Shown here: piece after piece, positions 14,163-25,848 of the stretch
Numbering within the stretch: the stretch's first letter is position 1
Layout: each line of letters opens with the position of its first letter
From: Lytechinus pictus
Lineage: Eukaryota
NCBI RefSeq assembly: GCF_037042905.1
Contig: NC_087252.1
Coordinates: 19,842,001-19,906,000, forward strand
DNA: 64,000 nt
Reading direction: 5' to 3'
Made by a program: the position numbers and the translations under genes
The notes under the pieces: generated by a model
Seen by the model: the letters and a program-made list of their open reading frames with translations, nothing else
What the model was told of the DNA's origin: nothing
The model's database searches: none

Positions 14163-15579
14163 TTTTTTTTTTTTTGGGGGGGGGGGTAATATGATGTGGG
14201 TGTGGGTGTTAGGAGATTTAAATCGAATTGACGAAAATTGAGGTGCAATAGCACATGTGCATTATTATCGCTCCAGATAAGCCAATCATGTGAAAAGAAT
14301 AAATATTCATTCTCCAGTTTTACCTTTCATCATTACCAAATAATTCAACTCAAGATGGAAAAGGTGAAATAATTTAGATTTTAGATTAGATTAGATTAGA
14401 TTTATCGATTTATTTCATTTCTTTTCTTTCCATTTTTCAAATACAAGTCATAAATACATAAATACAAATACATAAATACAATTACAAAAATGAACAAAAG
14501 TAACGACCCTAAACTTGGGTAATATAAATTATACGAACAAAATACGATACTTATATCATCATTTCATAAAACTTAACATTCTTAAAAGCATGAGTATTCT
14601 TGTGTATATTAAAAAAAGAAAGGGGTGAAATGAAAAGAGAGACCAGCTGAGAAGCTTGGCTTGTTGGACGCTGATCTCTCGAATACGTAAATAATGTAAA
14701 TAACGTAATATAAAGTGAACGTAATATAAAGTGAATTTCGCCTGCCCTTAGTCGAAAGTTCGACAATAAGGATATTCAGGGTTGATGGATCACCTGTATG
14801 ATCACACCCCCTTCTCAAAGCATGATATATGGTATTGTGCGGGACGCGAAATTATTTTTCCCACCGAGTTCTGGACCAACATATGAATATTCATGACTTG
14901 CGTCTTCGGATTAAGAGTACGCATGCGCGTGGACTCTGCCTCGACCAGTGCTGGTCGTAAGCATTCACGTTCAGTTGCTCAGAATGAATATTAGCATCGT
15001 CAAATTACCGGTACTCTTAAGCAAGGTTTCCACTTTGGCGAGTTAACATCGCGAGTTATGGCGAGTTATAGCGAGTTGCCAAAATGAGGCACTCGCGATA
15101 ACTCGCATAAAGCTCACCATGAAACTCGGGATAACTCGCGACAACTCGGCATGGCTCGGCGGAGCTCGTTCAAGCTCGGGACAATTCTCCTTGAAATCGT
15201 GAGCAGTTTCAAAATTTTTGAACATGTTCAAAAATTTTGCTAACTCGCTGTAACTCGTGTTGAACTCACCTAAACTCGTTATATACTCGCAGTACTCGCA
15301 ATAACTCGTACGAAGCTCGAGATAAACTCACAATAACTCGTTATAACTCGCCAAATCTGAGTATACGCGAGTGCGTTCCGAGTTTTCAAGAGCGAGATAC
15401 GAGCATTGCGATCGTTTTACGAGTCAACTGGAGGTGCCCACGAGATTAGCGCGACTTTAGATCGAGCACCCCGAGTTACAGCGAGTTTCGTATGAGTTTA
15501 TTCCGAGTGCGTTGCAAGTGCTCAGAGGCATGCCAGCTGAATGATAAATGTCCAGTGATCTATATATCCCCCACATATA

Positions 15580-16690
15580 AACCCCTCAAAAAAAGTTTGG
15601 AAATCTGAGTTTGGCCATTAATTTTTCCCAACTCCAAAATTTACACATTGCATATTTGACATCATTTAAAAGCTCATTCAATTCTCTTTACAATGATACC
15701 ATGCTTGTTATGATCATGCCATCACGAAAAGAGCAGGATTCAAAAGTGTTGGATGAAGTCTGAATTGAAAAGCTGCAAAACGAGCAAAAAAGTTTGGAAA
15801 TCTGAGTTTGGCCATTAATTTCTCCCGACTCCAAATTTTGCACAATGCATATTTGATATCTTTCAAAAGATCATTTGATTCTCTTTAAAATGATCCCATG
15901 CTTGTTATGATCATGCCATCAAAAAAAGAGCAAAATTGAAAAGTGTTGGATGAGGTCTGAAGTAAAAAGCTGCAAAACGAGCAGAAATAATCATGAAGGG
16001 TCAATACAGAACATGATTCTTTTTGTCTGTGTCAATAAAGATGAAAATCCATTCAAATCAAACCCCTGCTTTTTCATTTCATAATGTTTTGTTGTGGCTT
16101 ATGTTTGTTTGTTTTGTGTTTGCTTGTGCAGAGGTGTGTTTGATTCCATTTGAATGTTGATGTTAAGGTGCATGAAAACAATTGCTGAGAATCTCACTCA
16201 TCATCATGGAAGAAAAGAACAGTGACTTTCAATATTGTGTCATTTTGCAAATTTTGAATTTTGACCTTGCCCCACATTTCAAGGCACTGCACCTCCATGT
16301 GAGCCAAAATCATATCATGGAAAGTATCATTTTAAAGAAAATCAAATGATCTATTCATTGATATTAATTCAACATTGATATTTACTAAAACCGAGGCGAG
16401 ATTACCGATCAAACTAAAAAAAAAACGCTTAAAAAACTCACTCATCACCACGGAAAAAGGAACAGTGACTTTCAATATTGTGTCACTTTGCAACTTAATT
16501 TTGAATTTTGACCTTGCCCCACATTTCAAGGCACTGCACCTCAATGTGAACCATAATCATATCATGTAGGGTATCATTTTAAAGAAAATTAAATGATCTA
16601 ATCATTGATATTAATAATAATTGACATTTACTAAAACAGAGGAGGGAGTTTTGATTAAAGTCGGATTTCCAAACTTTTTTTTGAGGAGTT
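15580..16690. mobile_element. Tc1/mariner-type non-autonomous element, copy 1
   Basis: TA-flanked TIRs aacccctcaaaaaaagtttggaaatc / gatttccaaacttttttttgaggagtt; internal tandem duplications; second copy at 62293. Confidence 0.82.
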
Positions 16691-16973
16691 TATTTTAAAG
16701 TGAGAGCACATTTTAACTGACCCACGCAATGTACACGTACTTTTAAAAAGGCTGTTGCAACTGCATTATTACAACTTTCAACAAATAAGGAGAAAAATAT
16801 GCCTCGATCCAAAAGATCCAAGAGTTGTGGCCATTCAGGTAGGGAAACAGCGAAAGAAGATGACATTCAAACAAGGGTAGAAGAAGTGCAGGAAGAGACA
16901 ATTGAAACGGAAGAGGAGGTCAATGACGAGCAGAGCCAAGGTAAAAGAACAAGACATCAAACTAGACAAGGTC

Positions 16974-17940
16974 CAAGTGGAGCGCCTCTGGCATTCTCAC
17001 CTGCATCACGCTATCCAATATAGTAGCAATGCTGACTTTGAAAACTACTATAAAATAATTATTCACAAAAACACCATTTATACAATGATGCAATACTACG
17101 TTCATTGACTATAAATGACATTTGACCTTGATCATGTGACCTAAGACTTGTCAGTGATACTTGATTACCCCTATATCCACATTTTATAAACTGTATCTAA
17201 ACTTTGAAAGTTATGACAGCAATATAGTATTAATCTCCAAAATGGCCAAAGTTTAATAACCTTAAATGACCTTTGACTTTGGTCATGTGACCTGAAACTC
17301 GCACAGGATGTTCAGTAATACTTGATTACTCTTATATTCAAGTTTCATGAATCAGATCTATAAACTTTCAAAGTTATGATGGTAATTCAACAGATCACCC
17401 GAACATCACTAAAGTTCATTGACCTTTGACCTTGGACATGTGACCTGAAATTCGCACAGGATTTTTAGTGATACCTGATTACTATTATGTTCAAGTTTCA
17501 TGAATCAGATTCATAAACTTTCAAATCTATAATGTTAATTTAACAAATACCCCAATTGGCCAAAGTCCATTGACCCTAATTGACCTTTGACCTTAGTCAT
17601 GTGACTTGAAACTCAAGCAGGATGTTTATATACTTATAACCTTATGTCCACGTTTCATGAACTAGGTTCATACATTTTCTAAGTTATGATGACATTTCAA
17701 AAACTCAACCGTAGGGTAAGATTTTGATGTTGATTCCCTAAACATGGTCTAAGTTCATTGACCATAAATGACCTCTGACCTTGGTCTTGTGACCTGAAAC
17801 TCAAGAAGGATGTTTAGTAATGCTTGATAAACCTTATGGTCAAGTTTCTTGAACTAGGTTCATATACTTTCTAAGTTATGATGCCATTTCAAAAACTTAA
17901 CCTTCGGTTAAGATTTGGTGTTGACGCCGCCGCCGCCGGC
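16974..17940. mobile_element. Truncated Helentron-associated (HINE-like) element with tandem TGACCT core repeats
   Basis: Shares its start (caagtggagcgcctctggca) and core (tgacctttgaccttggtcatgtgacctgaaactc) with 40198-41411; ends at the gccgccgcc tract without the terminal hairpin. Confidence 0.7.
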
Positions 17941-19600
17941 ATCCATCTTTGAGTGCCAAATATGTGCATATCCCGCCCCTTGGTCGTATGAAACTCTTAT
18001 CACTCGTAACAAAATCTTTATAACTCGTTCATAGCTCGCTTTAAGTCGTATAAAGGTCACCGCAACTCATACTAAGCTCGGCCTGACTCGTTTCGCGCTC
18101 GGTTCACTCGTACAGCGAGCGTAGTGAACTCGATGTTGAGTCTTTTGTCACTGAAGCAAATTCCAGGAAAAAATGTAAATTTCACGCGAGCTTGTGCGAG
18201 CTAAGGCGAGTTAAAGCTCGCGCAGCTCGCGTATGACTCGCAACTCCAACTCGCCAAAGTGGAAACCTTGCTTATAGTTACATATGCCTTATATATATCC
18301 AATTCTTAAACACTTATCAAACTAGCTGCCATTAATGGCAAGACATGTGCTAGGCTAGGGCTCGCTTAGGCTAGCGCATTAACTTTACCTCAAATCTGGA
18401 CCTGTCTAATGCCTAGTACTAATCAGTGTTGTAGTGCCTTGGCCTTGAACATTCAAGCCTTGGCCTTGGCCTTGAGGATTTTGAGCCTTGAAATTTCAAG
18501 GCATTTTCAAGGCATTTTCAAGGCATTTTCAAGGCATTTTCAAGGCATTGTCAAGGCCTTTTCAATGAATTTTGTATTTTGTACTTTCATTTGTTTTAAA
18601 TAAGTAATTATAAATGTTTCAATTGTTTTTTATATTTAATGACACTATAATGGTCAATACTACCCGTCACCAGTAACATTAGCAGCAGCAGCAGTAGTAA
18701 GTGTACTAGCAGTGTCATCGATTGTAATTGTCACCATTATCAAGAATTTTCAAACAAAGAATACATCAGTTATGAAAATTAGCATTATGTATTGGTAATG
18801 TGTTGTAATCATGACTAATGATGATAATGACAGTAAATAATAATGATCAAGATCAAGATAATCGTGCTTTGATGGCAAGAATAAATTTGACATCTGACTG
18901 CAATTTTGACAACAATTTTCGTACTTTAAACATAGCTAACTCTAAAGCACGATAACAAGGTTGATTTCTATTCCATTAGGATTTTCCTTGTATTATTTTC
19001 TTTGGCCAACAAGAATGTTTTAAGTCTTCATGATATTCTGAAAAGATTTGGTAAACTTGAACACAGTCTTCAATTTTGTCATATCCAAATGGGTTATGTC
19101 AATGGCATGATGAGCCAGAAACTTTGAGGGGCCAAGCATGGCATATAGAGCAAAATCTCTGTCAAAAAAAAAGAAGAAAGCGATTGAAGCGAGCGAGTGA
19201 ACAAAATTTGTCCCCCTCTTTCTATAGGAAAAGCTAATTTTGCGATAGAATGCTTAAAAAATAATATCACATTTACTCCATCTTTTTCTTTCCCTTCCCC
19301 CCTTATCTAAGTGTATTCTTGGTGGTGGAACTTCTTCTTCTCTCTATCTCTTTTCTAAATTGTATATTTGTTTTGGGTCAGATTGACAAAACAAAGGGGG
19401 ACAATGTTTACTTCTTTTTAATCATATATCGTTCAACAGTGAATTTAATTTCTTTACAGTTTCAAGGAAATAAACAACGTATTTGTTTTTGTGTCAATAT
19501 GGTTTCAAGAAATAATGATTAATAAAAAAATAGTAATTGAATAATTAATTATTATTAATATTATCAACAAGTATTAATGATGGCAAGACATGTCCTAGGC

Positions 19601-20191
19601 CGCATACATTCGTAATTCCGAAGCTTCGTTATTCCGAAGGTTCGGATATTCCGAAGGTTCGTTATTCCGAAGGTTCGTATTTCCGAAGGTTCGTAATTCC
19701 GAAGGTTCGTTAGTCCGAAAAAGAAATGAGGTTCGTAATTCCGAAGGTTCCTTAGTCCGAAAACGAAGTGAGGTTCGTAATTCCGAAGGTTCGTTAATCC
19801 GAAAACGAAATGAGATTCGTAATTCCGAAGGTTTGTTAGTCCGAAAACGAAATGATTAACGAACCTTATTTCGTTTTCGGACTAACAAACCTTCGGAACA
19901 ACGAACCTTATTTCGTTTTCGGATTAACGAACCTTCGGAACAACGAACCTTATTTCGTTTTTGTATTAACGAACCTCCGGTACATCGAACCTTATTTCGT
20001 TTTCGGATTATCGAACCTTCGGAATAACGAACCTTCGGAATAACGCCACAAATGTTCGGATTAACGAACCCTTTTACGTTTTCGGATTAACGAACATCGA
20101 GGTAAAGGCAATTTTCGTGTTTCGGAATTACGAACCTTCGGAATAAAGAACCTTTGGAATTACGAACCTTCGGAATTACGAAGTGTAACCG
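19601..20191. mobile_element. Palindromic MITE built of ~16-bp ttcgtaattccgaagg units, 8-bp TSD
   Basis: Left half has forward units, right half reverse-complement units; TSD tcctaggc (19593-19600) / tgctaggc (20192-20199); empty site visible at 18340-18360. Confidence 0.85.
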
Positions 20192-23100
20192 TGCTAGGCT
20201 AGGGCTAGCTTAGGCTAACGCATTAACTTTACCTCAAATCTGGACCTGTCTAATGCCTAATACTAATAGTAATAGCCGACTAATGCCATGGTTTAAAACT
20301 TCGAACCAAATTCCGAACTTTACGTTTGATTTTATTTAACATGGTTTAATATTTCTAGTCCGTATACAGAACCAGTCCTAGATCTAAAAAAATATCTTAG
20401 TTCTAGTCTAGTCTCTAGATCTAGACTCTGATCTACGCTGTATCAGCATGGAACAACTAGTGTACCAAGGGGGGGGGGGGGGGGGGCGCAGACTGCCCCC
20501 TGACAATTTACAACTGATCCAGGGGACGTGCCCTCCCCCCTTTGAGAAGCCAAATCAATAGTTTGTAATGTCAAAATGCAACAAAAAAAGACTTATGTCC
20601 CCTCTTTTGAACGTGAAGATCTTTTTTTTTTGCTTGTCAATTTTTTTTCAGCTAAGAAATCCTTAATTTGGGGGGGAAGACGGGGATCAAGATCACTGAC
20701 GTTAGTTTGTGCCTGACGTTATAATACGTTCCATGCAATGCAGTGGCGTAGCTAGGATTTTTTTATGGGGGGGGGGGGGGCACTGGAGGGTCCTTGCTTT
20801 TTCGGGGGGGGGGGGGCCACCGGCCATTTTTTCCGGTGTGTGTGTATGTGTCACGAGGGTGGATCAGACTTTCGCCAATAGGGGACGGGGCCCGAAATTA
20901 TTTCACCTATGTTTTCCCCGATCAGTCACTTCTTAGTTTTATTCTTATAAAACAACATAAACATGAAATAATCTCAAAAGCCTTATAAAAAGTGTGAGCG
21001 CAAAGCGCGAGCTCAAAAATTTGTGATATTCCAACCTGAAAACTGGACACTCTAAGCATTTTTTTTGTGAACGGGAAGAGAACGAGTACAATAATTGATG
21101 CGAGTGCAGGAAGCCAGCCAAAAATTTGTGATATTCAAACCATTAAGCAACATTCTATACATTTTTGTAACCATGAGCAGGATTAGTACTGTACTAAACA
21201 ATAATTGATGCAAGCACGATTCAAAATCTGTGATTTTCGAACCTAAAATGTATTATGTTTTATTATTAAAGAAGGTATATTTCTTTTTTTAAAAGGGCAT
21301 ATTTCATTTGGAAATAAAAATCCTACAGGGATTTTTTTTTTGGGGGGGGGGGCAAGAGAGCACAAAACGCAAGTTAAAATTTTTAAATGCTTAAACTAAA
21401 AATGAGTCATTTTTAGGACTCTTGTCAGCTTTAATTTTTTTTTTCTGCTTACAACCACTTTTAAATTTCAATTCTCATTTCTTGTATCTTCTACACTTAT
21501 TTTACCTTAAAAAAACAGAATAAAGAATACTAACAAAATAAAGTTTTATTCAAAAGGATATAAAGTAAACAGGGCGCACCCCATACCCTTAGTTGGGAGA
21601 GGGTAAATCTTAATTATTTCTTTAAACAGTTAATCAATCATTAATTATTAATACTTGTTGATAATATTAATAATAATTAATTATTCAATTACTTTTTTTT
21701 TTATTAATCATTATTTCTTGAAACCATATTGACACAAAAACAAATACTTTGTTTATTTCATTGAAACTGTAGAGAAATTAAATTCACTGTTGAACGATAT
21801 ATGATTAAAAAGAAGTAAACATTTTCCCCCTTTGTTTTGTCAATCTGACCCAAAACAAATATACAATTTAGAAAAGAGATAGAGAGAAGAAGAAGTTCCA
21901 CCACCAAGAATACACTTAGATAAGGGGGAAGGGAAATGAAAAGATAGAGTAAATGTGATATTATTTTTTAAACAATCTATCGCAAAATTAGCTTTTCCTA
22001 TAGAAAGAGGGGGACAAATTTTGTTCACTCGCTCGCTTCAATCGCTTTCTTCTTTTTTTTGACAGAAATTTTGCTCTATATGCCATGCTTGGCCCCTCAA
22101 AGTTTCTGGCTCATCATGCCATTGACATAACCCATTTGGATATGACAAAATTGAAGACTGTGTTCAAGTTTACCAAATCTTTTCATTCTTGTTGGCCAAA
22201 GAAAACAATACAAGGAAAATCCTAATGGAATAGAAATCAACCTTGTTATCGTGCGTTAGAGTTATCTATGTTTAAAGTATGAATATTGTTGTCAAAATTG
22301 CAGTCAGATGTCAAATTTATTCTTGTCATCAAAGCACTATTATCTTGATCTTGATCATTATTATTTACTGTCATTATCATCATTAGTCATGATTACAACA
22401 CATTACCAATACATAATGCAGACAATTACAATTGATGACACTGCTAGTACACATACTACTGCTGCTGCTAATGTTACTGGTGACTGGTAGTATTGACCAT
22501 TAGTGTCATTAAATATAAAAAAAACAACTGAAACATTTATAATTACTTATAAAACAAATGAAAGTACATAATACAAAATGCCTTGAAAATGCCTTGAAAT
22601 TTCAAGGCTCAAAATCCTCAAGGCCAAGGCCAAGGCTTGAATGTTCAAGGCCAAGGCACTACAACACTGATTAGTACTAGGCATTAGACAGGTCCAGATT
22701 TGAGGTAAAGTTAATGCGCTAGCCTAAGCGAGCCCTAGCCTAGCACATGTCTTGCCATTAATGGCAGCTAGTTTGATAAGTGTTTAAGAATTGGATATAT
22801 ATAAGGCATATGTAACTATGTAAGGGTACCGGTAATTTGACGATGCTAATATTCATTCTGAGCAACTGAACGTGAATGCTTAGAATGGCAGAGTCCACGC
22901 GCATGCGTACTCTTAATCCGAAGACGCAAGTCATGAATATTCATATGTTGGTCCAGAACTCGGTGGGAAAAATAATTTCGCGTGCGGGACGGGGGGGGGG
23001 GGGGGGGGGGGGACTTCAAACTGTAAAAAGTTGATAGCATATCACTGAGAGGGATGGGACCGACTTCCCCTTATACATCATGTTATACCGTTGCAGGAAT

Positions 23101-23726
23101 AACAAGGCGAAGAAGAGATGAAAGACTTATGAGAAATTCGTCATCAGCGGCGGCGAATTCTGAATCCGAATGGAACTAATTTTCTTGGATTAGGGGAATT
23201 TAGTTATGTGTTAGACACGGGAAGTAAGTTCGCCTCATTCCTCCATCAACCAAATTAATATAAATCATTTTTGTGCATGTTATAAAATCAACTGTGATTA
23301 GAGAATTAAAATTAAAGGGTATGTTGTTTTTTAAATATCTCTCGGAGATAGTGTTGTTTCATTGGCCTCGCGGTCCTAGGCACGCTAGGGCAAAGGATGA
23401 CTCATAATACTATCAGAATGTTCTTTGATGATGATCAGATCTGATGCACTGAACTATATGGGGCACATGGCACAGGAAATGTGTTTAAATATAAGTCTTT
23501 TATTACGCAATCAAAGTTAAAATTAGCTCATCCGTATGAGTGAGCTTGTGGTGAGACAATGAAAATATATAAATATATTTTTGAGAGAGTAATACAGGTG
23601 TCAGTGTTCCCTTCTCGAAGTCTTATCTTTATCGATAATTCGTTCACTGTCCCGTGGTAAATGAGGTAAATCCCGTTAATTCAATGGGCAACCATTAGAT
23701 TCCATTTATTTTACGACCACCGTTAA

Positions 23727-24329
23727 AGGACAAGTTCACCCCAGAAAAATGTTGATATGAATAAATAGAGAAAAATTAAACTAGCATAATGCTGAAAATT
23801 TCATCAAAATCGGATGTAAAATAAGAAAGTTATGGCATTTAAAGTTTCGCTTATTTTTCACAAAACAGTTATATGCACATCTCCGTCGGTATGCAAATGA
23901 GGGAACTGATGACATCACTCACTCACTATTTTTTTTGTATTTTATTATTTGAAATATGAAATATTTTGATTTTCTCGTCATTGTCGTGTGAAATGAAGTT
24001 TCATTCCTCCCTGAACACGTGGAATTCCATCATTTTAACATTTTGTGGTTCAGGCAAGGAGGTCCTAATTGTCAAATTCGTAAAAATTGAAATATTGTAT
24101 AATTCAAACAATAAAAAACAAAAGAAATAGTGAGTGAGTGACATCATCGACTCTCTCATTTGGATGTAACTGACTCGTTCATATAATTATTTTGTGAAAA
24201 AGAAGCGAAACTTTGAAATATCATAACTTTCTTATTTTACATCCGATTTTGATGAAATGTTCAGCTTAGTGCTTGTCTGATTTTTCTCTATTGATTCAAA
24301 TCAAAAATTTTCTGCGGTGGACTTGACCT
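23727..24329. mobile_element. TTAA-targeted palindromic MITE (Kolobok-like)
   Basis: ttaa|aggacaagttcacc ... ggtggacttgacct|ttaa with long internal inverted symmetry. Confidence 0.8.
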
Positions 24330-24333
24330 TTAA

Positions 24334-24897
24334 AGGAAAATGAAACCGTTGGGACAAGATAGCTTGTGAGAAAACTGAAAAATCAAAGAAACAGATGAAC
24401 GAAAGTTTGAGAAAAATTGAATAAATAATAAGAAAGTTATGAGCATTTGGAGTTTAGATCATTTTTGTAATGTAGATCCTCCCATTGGCAATGCGACAAA
24501 GATGTGTGATGTCACAAGTTATGTGAACAACTTTGCCATTACTTTTGTATATATATTTCACTTACACTGCCTCTTTTATCACATCTACCACTAGATCATG
24601 TATTTTTCTATAGGAGGGCATGTATACAGATTTTCAAAGAACACATTATGGATAAAGAGTTTGTATCACCATTAGAAAGAGCAAAGAGATACATTTTGGG
24701 GACATTTTATAGTCCATCAAAGGGAAAGTTGTTCACATGTGACATCACACATCTTTGTCGCATTGCCAATAGAAGGATCTCCAGAGCATTAGTGATCGCA
24801 ATATTCAAATGCTCATAACTTTCTCATTATTTGTCCGATTTTCCTGAAACTTTCTTTGATCTTATTCTTAGATTTTTCTGTTTCCACACATCCCCCT
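24334..24897. mobile_element. Second TTAA-targeted palindromic MITE sharing the TTAA at 24330-24333
   Basis: ttaa|agg ... cct|ttaa; internal inverted repeat ttggcaatgcgacaaagatgtgtgatgtcaca / tgtgacatcacacatctttgtcgcattgccaa. Confidence 0.75.
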
Positions 24898-25049
24898 TTA
24901 ATTTGGAGTTGTTTGTAATACTCAAAGGGGCTAGACATTTTAGTTTGTAATAAGGTCAGTATATTCCTCCTTTGATCATAATTACTTAGTATTATGCATC
25001 ACAGAAGCCCGTAAAGAGTTTCTTTAGGTAATTACATGAACAATTATTA

Positions 25050-25276
25050 CACACTGGTGCTAAAAAGTTAGTGAACCCCACCAGGAAATGAACATATTTC
25101 ATTTGTTCAAGTTCTGCCATGTGTTAGATATTTAATTGTGAAGTCAGTTGATAAAATATTACATTCAATAAAGCTTACCTCGCCGAACATTAATTGTAGT
25201 GTAATTGTCTCCATTTAACACTCAACCTGAAGGATTGCACTTTCTGGTGGGGTTCACTAACTTTTGGGCACAACTG
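25050..25276. mobile_element. Tc1/mariner-like MITE
   Basis: TIRs gtgctaaaaagttagtgaaccccaccag / ctggtggggttcactaacttttgggcac. Confidence 0.7.
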
Positions 25277-25711
25277 TTAATATTATGCTGGTATATCAGG
25301 GTATAAGGTGTGGGCTTTGTTCTCTTTTTTATTTATTTCTTTATTAATTAATTTATTCATATTTGTTACTTTTGAAGGAAGCCCGTTAATTGATTGTCAC
25401 ACTCTCCTGCTTATTGGTATTTTGTAGGACGATGGCCTCACATGCCCTTTTCACTGCAAAGTTGTATATATACATTCACTATGATTATATATTAATTGCA
25501 AATAATATGGTCAGTTTGCCCCTCTTTAAAGTCGATGGTATGACTCGGTGGGGGATCGAACCCGCGACCCACTGTTCATAGGACAGACACTTCACCTTTG
25601 AGCCACCAAACGTGGTTCATCTTCTTCCGGCCGTGAAAATAAATCGTCACCCTTTACTTTTACTGAAATTTGATTATTAATAATTTTCTTTTTTTTCTCT
25701 TCCTCTTTTAG

Positions 25712-25848
25712 GTGGGTTCGCGGATACACGCAGAAGATGGTTCATTGCTATAGCATTGTGTTTGACTTCTCTCTTCATGTTCGCTCTCCTGTCACATACC
25801 AGCGAACGGTATGGCGTACCAAGATACGTTACACATCTTACAAATAAG
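25712..25848 (+). CDS. NXPE: NXPE exon with transmembrane signal-anchor (GFADTRRRWFIAIALCLTSLFMFALLSHTSERYGVPRYVTHLTNK)
   Basis: Long pyrimidine tract + tag acceptor; AAG|gtaaat donor; phase 0 joins the next exon. Not in the ORF track. Confidence 0.75.

Larger units (their letters stand above)
15020..18272. mobile_element. TIR DNA transposon (Harbinger-like termini) nested in the left foldback arm
   Basis: TIRs agcaaggtttccactttggcgagtt / aactcgccaaagtggaaaccttgct, TA on both sides; absent from the right arm; dense subterminal actcg/cgagt motifs. Superfamily uncertain. Confidence 0.82.
14846..22981. mobile_element. Large foldback (Mutator-like) non-autonomous element with ~1.3-1.5-kb inverted arms
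   Basis: Termini gcgaaattatttttcccaccgag / ctcggtgggaaaaataatttcgc; perfect 9-bp TSD gtgcgggac (14837-14845, 22982-22990); left arm 14846-15019 + 18273-~19580 is the reverse complement of ~21640-22981. No transposase ORF seen. Confidence 0.88.

Noticed and set aside
19601..20191. CRISPR-like short repeat array
   Set aside because: No unique spacers, the units invert mid-array, an 8-bp TSD flanks it, the context is eukaryotic and there are no cas genes.
18424..22669. Single hAT element with cagtgttgta/tacaacactg TIRs
   Set aside because: Its flanks are inverted, not direct, repeats; both ends are the same terminus duplicated within the foldback arms.
23130..23132. Selenocysteine reading of the in-frame TGA
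   Set aside because: It would fall in a short cytoplasmic tail with no redox motif, I know of no NXPE selenoproteins, and I could not identify a SECIS element by eye.
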